Source: an uncultured Chloroflexia bacterium (GTDB lineage: Bacteria; Chloroflexota; Limnocylindria; Limnocylindrales; CSP1-4). From it: DNA of 64,000 nucleotides. Location: the NCBI GenBank assembly GCA_963813535.1, contig CAWEZH010000002.1, forward strand, positions 832,001-896,000, in the 5' to 3' direction. The notes under the pieces are model-generated. The model made no database searches. It was not told the origin of the DNA and saw only the letters and a program-made list of their open reading frames with translations. Both the position numbers and the translations under genes were made by a program. Shown here piece after piece: positions 40,311-49,583 of this stretch (positions are counted from its first letter, which is position 1; every line of letters starts with the position of its first letter).

Positions 40311-41273
40311 ATGGAGCTCGGTCTCTACACGGACTCGTTGCCCGACCACACGCTGGAGGGCGTGCTCGATGTCGCTGCTCGGATCGGCGCGACCGGCATC
40401 GAGATCGCGACGGGCGGACAGTCAGCCGCCCCGCACCTCCGGATGGATGAGCTGCTCGGCGACGCCGGGCGGCGGGCCACCTTCGCCTCGGCGTTCACGA
40501 GCCGGGGCCTGCGTATCGCGGCGCTGAACTGCTCGGCTTGGCCACTCCACCCCGCCGTCGGCGACCGGCATGTGGCCATCGTCCGATCGACCATCCGGCT
40601 CGCCGCGGAGCTCGGCGTGCGGCGCATCGTGACGATGTCCGGCAACCCGGGGGACGGCCCGGGCGGAACGGCCGTCAACTTCACCTGGTATCCCTGGCCG
40701 CCCGAATCGATGGCGCTGCTCGAGCGCCAGTGGGACGCCGCGATCGAACTGTGGCGGGACCTGGGTGCCGAGGCCGAGGCGGCCGGGGTGGAGCGGCTCG
40801 CCTTCGAGCTCCACCCGCTGCACCTGGTCTACAACGTCCCGACGCTGCAGCGGATGCAGGCCGCCGTCGGCCCGATCATCGGCGCGAACCTCGACCCGTC
40901 GCACCTGTTCTGGCAGGGCATGGATCCGCTCGCGGTCATCCGGGCGATCGGTCCCAGCATCGCGCACGTCCACCTCAAGGACACGCAGGTCGTGCCGGCG
41001 CAGGTCGCGATCGCCGGCGTGCTGGACCAGCGACCGTTCGAGGATCCGGCGCAGCGAGCCTGGGTGTTCCGGACCGTGGGTGCGGTCCACGACGGGGCCT
41101 TCTGGTCGGCGTTCGTCGCGGCCCTGCGCGACGTCGGCTATGACGGCGTGCTGTCGATCGAGAACGAGGATGCGAGCCTCGCCCCGGAGGCATCGGTCGA
41201 GCAGGGCGCCGCGTTCATGCGGGACATCCTCGAGCGGTCGGCGGACCGCTCGGAGGTCGGAGCCCTCCCCTAG
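40311..41273 (+). CDS. Sugar-phosphate isomerase/epimerase (TIM barrel)
   Basis: EIATGG, FELHP, NLDPSHLFWQG, HVHLKD, SIENED. Confidence 0.9.
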   Translation: MELGLYTDSLPDHTLEGVLDVAARIGATGIEIATGGQSAAPHLRMDELLGDAGRRATFASAFTSRGLRIAALNCSAWPLHPAVGDRHVAIVRSTIRLAAELGVRRIVTMSGNPGDGPGGTAVNFTWYPWPPESMALLERQWDAAIELWRDLGAEAEAAGVERLAFELHPLHLVYNVPTLQRMQAAVGPIIGANLDPSHLFWQGMDPLAVIRAIGPSIAHVHLKDTQVVPAQVAIAGVLDQRPFEDPAQRAWVFRTVGAVHDGAFWSAFVAALRDVGYDGVLSIENEDASLAPEASVEQGAAFMRDILERSADRSEVGALP

Positions 41274-42655
41274 TCCGCCGCCGAGCCCGCGGCGAGCTGT
41301 TCGCGGTGCGCGGCCAGGAACTCCGCGGTGGCATCGACCAGCCGGTCGACATCGGCCTCGGTGTGGGCGCCCGTCAGGAAGCCGCGGATCATGTAGTGCG
41401 GGTGGACGTAGATCCCGCGCTCCAGCAGCCAGCCGCGGTAGGCCCGCTGGATCGGATGGTCCTTGTCCATCGCGAACCGCGCGAAATCGCGGAAGCGCCG
41501 GATGGGCGCATCGGTGAAGTACATCGTCCAGACGCCCGCCGATTCACGCACCTGGACGCGCGCTCCGGTCTCGTCGATCGCGGCCTGGATCCCGTCCGTG
41601 AGCCGCCGACCCAGGGCACCGATGTGTCGGTGGATGGCGCCTTCGCGCACGATCCCCGTCACCGCCAGCGCGACCGCGACATCGAGGGTATGCCCGGCGA
41701 ACGTCCCCGCGAACAGGACGTCGCCCTTGGGGCCGAGCCGGTCCATGATGTCGCCCCGACCGCAGAGCACCGAGATCGGGAAGCCGTTGCCGATGGCCTT
41801 CCCGAGCGTCGTCAGGTCGGGCGTCACGCCGAACCGTTCCTGGGCGCCGCCGGGCGCATGCCGGAACCCGGTGATGACCTCGTCGAAGATCAGCACGACG
41901 CCCGCGTCCGTGCAGGCGGCACGGATCGTCTCCAGGAACCCTGGCTCGGGCAGGACGACGCCCGCGTTGTGGAAGACCGGCTCGAGGATGACGGCAGCGA
42001 TCGAATCCCCCTCGCGCGCCAACGTGTCGCGGACACCCGCCGCGTCGTTGTACTCGCGGACCACGACGAGATCGCGGACCAGCGACGGGATACCGGCCGA
42101 CGCGGCGACGGGGGTCGGTTCCTCGCCGTCGGTCGCGAAGTGATGGCTCCACGCGACGTAGTCATGCCAGCCGTGGTAATTGCCCTCGAACTTGAGGATC
42201 CGCTCGCGCCCGGTGAACGCGCGGGCGAGCCTGATCGCGTGATACGTCGCCTCCGTCCCGGTGCAGCTGAAGACGACGCGCTCCGCGGACGGGACCATCT
42301 CGACGAGTCGCTCGGCGAGCGCCACCTCGAGCGGGTTGGCAGTCGAGAACGACACGCCGTGCTCGTCCATCGCCCGCATCACGGCCTCGTTGATCCGCGG
42401 GTCGTTGTGGCCGAGCAGGACGGCCCCGAATGACGCGTGGAAGTCCACGTACTCGTTCCCGTCCACGTCCCAGATGCGCGACCCCTGCGCCCGGGTCATG
42501 AACAGCGGATACGGCCGGGCACCTCGGCCCTCGCCCTGGACGCCGCCGGGCGAGACGCGGCTGGCGCGCTCGTACAGGCGGGCCGACTCGTTCGTCGTGA
42601 TCGGCCAGTCGTAGGCCTCGGCGCCGCTCTGTCTGGTCCGGTCGGTAGCCGTCAT
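41270..42655 (-). CDS. Class III PLP aminotransferase (GSA aminomutase-like)
   Basis: DVDGNEYVD, TGTEA, KFEGNYHG, FDEVITGFR, TLGKAIGNG. Confidence 0.92.
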   Translation of the reverse strand: MTATDRTRQSGAEAYDWPITTNESARLYERASRVSPGGVQGEGRGARPYPLFMTRAQGSRIWDVDGNEYVDFHASFGAVLLGHNDPRINEAVMRAMDEHGVSFSTANPLEVALAERLVEMVPSAERVVFSCTGTEATYHAIRLARAFTGRERILKFEGNYHGWHDYVAWSHHFATDGEEPTPVAASAGIPSLVRDLVVVREYNDAAGVRDTLAREGDSIAAVILEPVFHNAGVVLPEPGFLETIRAACTDAGVVLIFDEVITGFRHAPGGAQERFGVTPDLTTLGKAIGNGFPISVLCGRGDIMDRLGPKGDVLFAGTFAGHTLDVAVALAVTGIVREGAIHRHIGALGRRLTDGIQAAIDETGARVQVRESAGVWTMYFTDAPIRRFRDFARFAMDKDHPIQRAYRGWLLERGIYVHPHYMIRGFLTGAHTEADVDRLVDATAEFLAAHREQLAAGSAAD

Positions 42656-43869
42656 CGGGCCAGAGCTGGTGCGAGATCGGCTAGCGGATCCGCCACCGCG
42701 GTCCGTGAGCCACTGAGCGCCGATGCGTAGATGGCATCGACCACGGCGTTGGCCCGGACGCCGTCCTCGAAGTTCGCGCGGGCCGGTCGCCCTTCGGCGA
42801 TAGCGGTCAGGAACTCGGCCCACATCGCGCACTCCTGTCCCAGGAACCCGATCGACGTGCCGTCAGTGCCCCCGATCAGCAGCTCGACCGCTCCCGGGTG
42901 GGTCGGGTTCACGAGCACGCGACGGTAGCCGAACGTCGAGACATCACCCGGCAGGCAGACCTGGAACTCGTCAGGTCGCTCGAAGTCCCAGGCGGCGGAC
43001 CCGGCCGAACCGAAGACGTCGATGCGCAGCGACACGCGCCGCCCGATCGCCGCCCGGTTCGTCTCGAGCACGCCATACGCGCCGCCGGCGAACGTCAGCA
43101 AGGCGGCCGCGGCATCTTCGACATCGACCCCGCCCAGCGGCGCGTCCGTCGACCGCTTGCCGCCACCGCGGTTCCCGATCGCATCCGCGTCCGGGATCGG
43201 TCGCTCGGTCACGAAGGTCGTCGTGAGTGCCTGGACCGTCTCGATCTCGCCGACCAGGAACCGAGCGCAATCGATGAGGTGGTAGCCGGTATCGATCGCG
43301 ATGCCGCCTCCAGACAGCTCCCGGCGGAAGCGCCACAGGAGCGGCACGTCAGGATCGGCACCGTAGTCGAGCATGAACGACGCCTGCAGGCTGCGGATCG
43401 CCCCGAGCTCCCCGGATCCGATGAGGTCGCGGATCGCGCGCAGCGCCGGCGTCCAGCGATACGCCGCGCCGAGGCCATGGAAGACCCCGGCCGCGCGGCA
43501 CGCGTCCAGGAGGTCCAGCGCGCCGCCGGCGGTCGCCGCGAGCGGCTTCTCGCAGACGATGGCCTTCCCGGCGGCCGCGGTCGCGAGGACGACGTCCGCG
43601 TTCAGGACCGGCGGCAGGCAGGCGACGACCAGGTCGACATCTGGCGCCTCGATCATCCGCCGCCAGTCGGAGTCGACGCGGTCGTAGCCGAATCGATCGC
43701 CCAGCCGCGTCGCGAGACCCTCGTTGACGTCGGCGACCGCGACGAGCCGCGGTCGGAGGGCCAGGTCCGGATAGAGCCCGCGAACCATCGTGAGCGCCGC
43801 GCTGTGGCAGGCGGCCATGGTCCCGGCGCCGACCATGGCGATCCCGATCGATCGGACTCGGTCGGTCAC
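42652..43869 (-). CDS. Gfo/Idh/MocA oxidoreductase
   Basis: GAGTMA, VCEKP, WRF, DTGYHLID; GTG coupled to the upstream stop. Confidence 0.9.
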   Translation of the reverse strand: MTDRVRSIGIAMVGAGTMAACHSAALTMVRGLYPDLALRPRLVAVADVNEGLATRLGDRFGYDRVDSDWRRMIEAPDVDLVVACLPPVLNADVVLATAAAGKAIVCEKPLAATAGGALDLLDACRAAGVFHGLGAAYRWTPALRAIRDLIGSGELGAIRSLQASFMLDYGADPDVPLLWRFRRELSGGGIAIDTGYHLIDCARFLVGEIETVQALTTTFVTERPIPDADAIGNRGGGKRSTDAPLGGVDVEDAAAALLTFAGGAYGVLETNRAAIGRRVSLRIDVFGSAGSAAWDFERPDEFQVCLPGDVSTFGYRRVLVNPTHPGAVELLIGGTDGTSIGFLGQECAMWAEFLTAIAEGRPARANFEDGVRANAVVDAIYASALSGSRTAVADPLADLAPALAR

Positions 43870-44999
43870 GAGACGCCTGCGATCGGGGCCGAGGTCGGAG
43901 CGAGCATCTCGTCGACCGTTACGCGCCGGCCCTCGGCGGCCGAGGCGATGATCGCGTCGCACAGGACGGCCGCCTGGTAGCCGTCCTCGAAGCTGGCTTG
44001 TTCGGGTGGCAGCGGCCGGTCCTCGATGACCGCCGACAGGAAGTCCCGCCACTCATGGGCGAAGCTGTGCTCCCAGCCGATGGTGTGGCCGGGTGGCCAC
44101 CACATGTCGAGGAATGGATGATCCGCCTGGGTGACGAGGATGTCGCGGAAGCCACCCGTACCATCGGCCTCGTCGCTCGCGTAGAACACGTGGAGGCGGT
44201 TGAGGTCCTCCATGTCCCACCAGAGCGAGCCCTCCGTCCCGTTGAACTCGACGACCTGGCGGCCCTTCCAGCCCCGCGCGACACGCGACGCCTCGAGCGA
44301 GGCGATGCCGCCACCCCGCAGGTCGATCGCGGCGACATACGCGTCCTCGACATCCACGCCGACGTCGGCACTCGTCAGCTTGGCCGATACCGCCTGGACC
44401 GCCTGCGCTTCATTACCGAGATAGCGGAGGAAGTCGACGATGTGGGCGTAGTCGGTGATGGCCCGGGAGACGTTCGGCCGGCGGCTCGGCACGTGCCCGG
44501 CGGCGTGGTCCTGGAGATACACGGCGCGGAATTGGAGGCAGGTCCCCAGGCGGCCGCTCTCGACGATCCGTCGAGCGAGCCGCATGGCGGGCATGTAGCG
44601 GTAGTTGAAGCCGCATGCGGCCTGGACGCCCGCACGCTGCGCCGCCTCGAGCATCAGTCGGGCCTCGGTCCGCTCCCTCGCCAGCGGCTTTTCGCACAGG
44701 ACCGGCTTGCCGAGAGCCAGCGCGGCTTCGGTGGCTTCACGGTGGGCGGTCTCGCCAAGCAGCACGGCGACGACGTCGACGTTCGGATCCTCGACGACAT
44801 CCGCCCACTCGGTGGTGGATCGCTCGATCTCGAGGTCGCGGGCCATCGCCTCGCCGCGTTCGGCGTTGCGCGCCGCGAGCGCGGTCAGCCGGATGGATCG
44901 TCCGAGCGGGCTGACATGGTTGAGCGTGTGGAGCGCGTGGCCATGCGCACGGGTGATCCACCCGGCTCCGAGGAGCCCGACGCGGATCGGGCGATCCAT
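43866..44999 (-). CDS. Gfo/Idh/MocA oxidoreductase
   Basis: GAGWITRAH, LCEKP, GFNYR, WWPPGHTIGWEH. Confidence 0.9.
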   Translation of the reverse strand: MDRPIRVGLLGAGWITRAHGHALHTLNHVSPLGRSIRLTALAARNAERGEAMARDLEIERSTTEWADVVEDPNVDVVAVLLGETAHREATEAALALGKPVLCEKPLARERTEARLMLEAAQRAGVQAACGFNYRYMPAMRLARRIVESGRLGTCLQFRAVYLQDHAAGHVPSRRPNVSRAITDYAHIVDFLRYLGNEAQAVQAVSAKLTSADVGVDVEDAYVAAIDLRGGGIASLEASRVARGWKGRQVVEFNGTEGSLWWDMEDLNRLHVFYASDEADGTGGFRDILVTQADHPFLDMWWPPGHTIGWEHSFAHEWRDFLSAVIEDRPLPPEQASFEDGYQAAVLCDAIIASAAEGRRVTVDEMLAPTSAPIAGVS

Positions 45000-45010
45000 C
45001 CGCGGCGCCG

Positions 45011-46324
45011 TCAGGCAGGCACGGCCGGCGGCGCCGCCACGCCGCCCAGGATGCGCTCCGGGTCGGCGATGACACGGCGGATCGTGTCGGCGTACAGCTC
45101 GATCAGCTCGAGCGGCTGGACGAAGATCGGGTGACGCGCATCGCAGATCACGAGCGACGAGTCGAGCATCGCCGTGGCCTCGGGATAGTCGGCGACGTCG
45201 TACGTGACGTCGCGACCGGCCGGTGGCTGGGTCCACGGGAACGTGCCGCCGAACCCGACCCGATCCTGGAAGACCGGGAATGCCGGGGCCGGCTGGGAGT
45301 GCCACAGCTCGACGCCGACGCCCTCGGCCATGAGCGCCTGCCCGAGGGCGTCCCGGAAGACCGTCGGCGGGACGTGCCCGAGACCGAGCGCCGCCGGCTC
45401 GAGGCGAACGCGGTACTGGTAGTACGACGACGTCCGATCGGAGGGGACGTGCGGCGTCACGATCCCCGGCACGCCGGCGAACTCCGCATCCAGGTAGGCG
45501 GCGTTCCGCTGGCCGGTCGCGATGTAGTCGGGCAGCCGCTGCAGCTGGGAACGCGCCAGGGCTGCCGGCATCTCTTGGTGGCGGTAGTTCCACCCGACCG
45601 AGTGGGACGTGTACGGTCGGAAGTTCCAGCCGGTCAGTCGTGCCAGCTCGGGGATGTCCTCGCCGAAGGTCCGCAACCGCCGGGCACGGGCGATGACGTC
45701 TGGATCGTCCGCGACGAACAGGCCGCCCTCACCACCCGACAGGATCTTGCTCGAGTTGAGGCTGTAGCAGCCGACGACGCCGTACGAGCCGACCCGGCGA
45801 CCGCGGTACGTCGCGCCATGGGCCTGGCAGGCGTCCTCGATGACCTTGAGACCGTGCCGGTCCGCGATGGCGATGATCTCGTCCAGGTCTGCCGGGAGCC
45901 CGCCGATGTGGACGGCGATGATGGCCCGCGTCCGCGGCGTGATCTTCGCCTCGATCTGGCTCGCATCGAGGTTGAACGTGCGGGGATCGATATCGACGAA
46001 GACCGGGATCGCCAGCTGTTGCAGGATCGGCTGCCACGTGCCGGCGAAGGTGTAGGACGTGGTGATCACCTCGTCCCCAGGCTCGATCCCGATGGCGTAG
46101 AGGGCGGCGTGGATGGCTGCCGTCCCCGAGTTGAACAGCAGACCGGTCGACCGGCCGACGAAGGCTGCCCACTCGTTCTCGAGGGCCGTCATCTCGGGGG
46201 CGCCGACGCCGCCGAGGATGCCTCGCTCGAGCACGGCCGCGACCGCGGCCCGGTCCTCGGGCCGGATGTCCGGCCAGCGTCGCTTGAGCCCCTCTGGGAC
46301 GCGGCTACCTTCGGGAGATCCCAT
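45011..46324 (-). CDS. DegT/DnrJ/EryC1/StrS PLP aminotransferase
   Basis: NSGTAA, EDACQAHGA, SLNSSKILSGGEGG (PLP Lys), GWNYR. Confidence 0.93.
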   Translation of the reverse strand: MGSPEGSRVPEGLKRRWPDIRPEDRAAVAAVLERGILGGVGAPEMTALENEWAAFVGRSTGLLFNSGTAAIHAALYAIGIEPGDEVITTSYTFAGTWQPILQQLAIPVFVDIDPRTFNLDASQIEAKITPRTRAIIAVHIGGLPADLDEIIAIADRHGLKVIEDACQAHGATYRGRRVGSYGVVGCYSLNSSKILSGGEGGLFVADDPDVIARARRLRTFGEDIPELARLTGWNFRPYTSHSVGWNYRHQEMPAALARSQLQRLPDYIATGQRNAAYLDAEFAGVPGIVTPHVPSDRTSSYYQYRVRLEPAALGLGHVPPTVFRDALGQALMAEGVGVELWHSQPAPAFPVFQDRVGFGGTFPWTQPPAGRDVTYDVADYPEATAMLDSSLVICDARHPIFVQPLELIELYADTIRRVIADPERILGGVAAPPAVPA

Positions 46325-46401
46325 CGGATCACGTCCGTTCTTCGTGCGGCCTTGACGGTCGCCCGATCGTACCGTACGTGGTCGTCGCCGATACGGCGGT
46401 C

Positions 46402-47283
46402 CTAGCGCATGGGCCGTCGTCCGAACGGCAGCCGAGGATCGAGCGCCCCCTCGGTCCAGGCCTCGCGCACCCAGGCGTGCGACGGGTCGTCGCACGCATG
46501 CCAGGCGCGCTCGCCGGGTCCGCCCATCACGTTGAGGTAGTACAGGTCGTACCCCGGCGCGGCCATCGCGGGTCCGTGCCAGCCGTGTGGGACGAGGACG
46601 ACATCGCCGGTCGCGACCGTCGTCAGCAGCTCGATCGGCCGCTCCGGGGTGCCATAGACGTGCTGGTACGCCAGGCCGGGTCCGGCCGGGCCATCGCCCA
46701 CGACGTAGTGATAGATCTCCTCGAGCTCGGTCTCGCCCGGACGGACCTCGTCGTGCTTGTGCGGCGGATACGAGCCCCAGTTACCGCCCGGCGAGAGGAC
46801 CTCGACGGCGATGAGCCGGTCAGCCTCGAAGCGATGCGCGGCCGCGAAGTTGCGGACCTCGCGCGACGAGGCGCCCGCCCCGCGCATCTCGACCGCGACG
46901 TCGGACGCCGCGACGTACCTGACCGGGAAGCGCCGTTCGCCTCGGGCGGTGGCGACGGCGAACCGACCACCACCGGCGCTGGCGACCTCGACCGATGAGC
47001 CCGGCGGTGCATACAGGAAGTCGGTGGGACCCGCCCACACGTCGGGGCGCCCTCCGAGCTCGTATCGCGCGCCGTCCACGGTCACGCCGAAGGCACCTTC
47101 GAGCGGCAACACGGCGACCTCATCGCCGGCGCTCTCGAAAGCGATCGTCGCCCCCGGCGCGAGCGTCGCAGCCCGCAGCCCGCAGTACCGCCAACCGGCC
47201 GCTTCCGGCGTCAGGACGACCGACCACGCTCCGTCGGCCAGCGACCCGGCCGGCCGGTAGAGCTCCGCCGCGTTGTCGGTCAC
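46402..47283 (-). CDS. iolB: 5-deoxy-glucuronate isomerase
   Basis: PGGNWGSYPPHKHD, LEEIY, VPHGWHGP, YYLNVMGGP. Confidence 0.95.
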   Translation of the reverse strand: MTDNAAELYRPAGSLADGAWSVVLTPEAAGWRYCGLRAATLAPGATIAFESAGDEVAVLPLEGAFGVTVDGARYELGGRPDVWAGPTDFLYAPPGSSVEVASAGGGRFAVATARGERRFPVRYVAASDVAVEMRGAGASSREVRNFAAAHRFEADRLIAVEVLSPGGNWGSYPPHKHDEVRPGETELEEIYHYVVGDGPAGPGLAYQHVYGTPERPIELLTTVATGDVVLVPHGWHGPAMAAPGYDLYYLNVMGGPGERAWHACDDPSHAWVREAWTEGALDPRLPFGRRPMR

Positions 47284-48410
47284 GCGGACGGCTTGAGGTC
47301 CGGGTTCGGGACGAGCGCGTCGCCCACCTGGTGCTGCAGGTCGTGATACGACGCGATGAAGGCGCGCAGGGTCCGTGCGCTCGGTCCGAACGCATCGAAC
47401 TCGGACGGGCCGAGACCATCGGGCTCGTACGCCCTGGCGAAGTCCGGGAAATGCCGGCGAAGCTCGTCGACGATGACCGGGTCCACCGGGTCGTCCATCC
47501 GGGGACGCACCTCGATGTCGGACGCGTTGAACCGGCGCTGCCAGGCAGACGGCATCGTGATGATCACGTCGCCACCGATCAGCTCGGACCAGTGCAGGTG
47601 GTGGCGGATCGCTGCGGCGAGCGGGCGCGCCCGGAGCCCGCGCGCACGGAACTCGTCGACGGTCCGCTTGAAGACCGCGACGCCGGACCAGGGCAACGCG
47701 GCCGGATCGGCGACGATCCCGTCGCGCTCGGTCTGCAGCCGGAGCCAGTCCTCCAGGCGACCCATCATGACGGTGATCACCGGGCCCATGTCGTCGACCT
47801 GCAGGCCATCCGCCTCGCGGCGGTGCAACCCACGCTCGACGGCTTCGCCCGCGGCGATCGCCTGGGCCACCGAGAACGACACGGTGGCGTTCACGTTCAC
47901 GCCACGGTAGGTCGCCTCCTCCATGACCCGGACGCCGACCTCGGTGGCGGGGAACTTGACGATGATGTTCGGCGCGAGACCGGCGAAGTGCTCGCCCTGG
48001 GCGAGCATCCGATCGAACGACCGAAAGAGCGTGGGGTCGGTCTGCACCGACAGGCGACCCTGACGCCCGCCGCTGGCCTCGAATGCGGGCCGCAGCAACG
48101 GCGCGGCCCGGAGCGACATCTCCTCGACGATCGCCCATGCCAGGTCGACCTCGGTCGCGGCAGGCAGGTCACCGGCACGGGTCCGGACCCGATCCCGCCA
48201 GTAGGCCGGATCCTGCTTCCAGACATCGGTGACGATCGTCGGATTCGCCGTCGCGCCGACGGCGCCGTAGGAGATGGCGTACTCGAGCTCCGGCACCGAA
48301 CAGGAGTCGTTCCAGACATCGGTCGGAGTCGTGGCGATCGTCCGGCCGAGCGGCGAATCCGCCAGCGGCAACGTCGTCGAGCGGCCGATCGTGTCCGTAG
48401 CGCTACCCAC
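47280..48410 (-). CDS. Transaldolase-family Schiff-base aldolase
   Basis: WNDS, GATANP, IVKFPAT (Schiff-base Lys), NVNATVSFS, GRL; GTG after AGGAGG. Confidence 0.88.
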   Translation of the reverse strand: MGSATDTIGRSTTLPLADSPLGRTIATTPTDVWNDSCSVPELEYAISYGAVGATANPTIVTDVWKQDPAYWRDRVRTRAGDLPAATEVDLAWAIVEEMSLRAAPLLRPAFEASGGRQGRLSVQTDPTLFRSFDRMLAQGEHFAGLAPNIIVKFPATEVGVRVMEEATYRGVNVNATVSFSVAQAIAAGEAVERGLHRREADGLQVDDMGPVITVMMGRLEDWLRLQTERDGIVADPAALPWSGVAVFKRTVDEFRARGLRARPLAAAIRHHLHWSELIGGDVIITMPSAWQRRFNASDIEVRPRMDDPVDPVIVDELRRHFPDFARAYEPDGLGPSEFDAFGPSARTLRAFIASYHDLQHQVGDALVPNPDLKPSA

Positions 48411-48433
48411 CTGGGATCCTCCTGCGAGCCGCA

Positions 48434-48489
48434 TTGACACCGGGTCGACACCGCGATACCGTCCGACCGGTCTCAGGGTAATCGATTAC
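48434..48489 (+). promoter_or_regulatory. Promoter plus a second type of LacI operator
   Basis: TTGACA-N17-TACCGT (48434-48462); perfect palindrome GTAATCGATTAC at 48478-48489. Confidence 0.72.
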
Positions 48490-48608
48490 GCGGGATGTTC
48501 TAGGAGGGGACGTTGCCCGTCACGCCCGCGGACGCCCACGATACGCCACGTCGCCGAGATACCATCGCGACTGCGCGCGAGCTCGAGGGGGCCGGTCGAG
48601 GAGCATCG

Positions 48609-49583
48609 ATGACCACCGTCACGGCCGTCCGAGGCACGGCGCCCGACCTGCGGCGCGCTGGTGATGCCCTCCCCAATGCCCCGATCGGGACGGTCCCCAT
48701 CCTCTGGTACAACGCCGACCCTGAGGTGGGCCGGTGGGACGCCCCGGCGATCCTCGACGAGATCGCCCGTCTCGGGTACGAGGGAACCCAGCTCGGCACG
48801 GACTTCCCGACCGGAGAGACGCTGCGGGTCGAGCTGTCCCGACGCGATCTCCGACTGGCGGAGGTGTACGTGCCGATCCCGACGACCGTCGACGGACCGA
48901 CCTCGGGGGCGATGGCGGTCGCCGTCGAGTGCCTGACCCGGCTGAACGAAGCGGGCGGCGACGTCCTGTGCGTGGCTGTCGACGGCTCGGCCGACCGAGA
49001 CGCGCGGGGCGGCCGCGCCGTCGAGCCCGGCACGCCGGCCCTCACCGATGCCGGCTGGGAGGCGCTGATCGAGCTCCTTCACGCGGTCGCGGACGCCGCT
49101 ACGGAGCTCGGCCACACGACGGTCTTCCATCCGCACGCCGCGACCTACGTCGAGACTCTTGACGAGATCGACCGGCTGGTGCGATCGACGGCTCCGGAGC
49201 GCATCGGCGTCTGCCTCGACACTGGGCATCACCTGGTCGCCGGTGGCGATCCGGTCGCCGACCTGCGGGCACTTGGCGAGCGGGTCCGCCACGTGCACCT
49301 CAAGGACGTCGATCCGGATGTCCTGGCGGGTCTGCGCGCGGGAGCCTACGACGGCATGGCCGATGCGGTCCGCCAGGGCCTGTTCACCGAGCTCGGTGCC
49401 GGCTCGCTGGACCTCGATGGGGTCCTCGCCGCTCTCGCGGCACGGTCCTATGACGGCTGGCTCATGGTCGAGCAGGATCGGGGCCTCGGTCCCCCATCCG
49501 AGAGCGCGGCGATCGGCCGGCGTGTGCTGGCCGCGTCGCTGCGACGGCTCGGTGCGGACCAGGCAGGAGCGGGTACGCCGTGA
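48609..49583 (+). CDS. iolE: Second IolE-like inosose dehydratase
   Basis: GTVPILW, GYEGTQLG, HPH, CLDTGH, HVHLKD, MVEQD. Confidence 0.75.
   Translation: MTTVTAVRGTAPDLRRAGDALPNAPIGTVPILWYNADPEVGRWDAPAILDEIARLGYEGTQLGTDFPTGETLRVELSRRDLRLAEVYVPIPTTVDGPTSGAMAVAVECLTRLNEAGGDVLCVAVDGSADRDARGGRAVEPGTPALTDAGWEALIELLHAVADAATELGHTTVFHPHAATYVETLDEIDRLVRSTAPERIGVCLDTGHHLVAGGDPVADLRALGERVRHVHLKDVDPDVLAGLRAGAYDGMADAVRQGLFTELGAGSLDLDGVLAALAARSYDGWLMVEQDRGLGPPSESAAIGRRVLAASLRRLGADQAGAGTP

Noticed and set aside
41270-42655. hemL (heme biosynthesis) assignment
   Set aside because: GSA-aminomutase-like fold, but the context is a dehydrogenase/iolB operon, and the N-terminal PGGVQGEGR differs from HemL's PGGVNSPVR.
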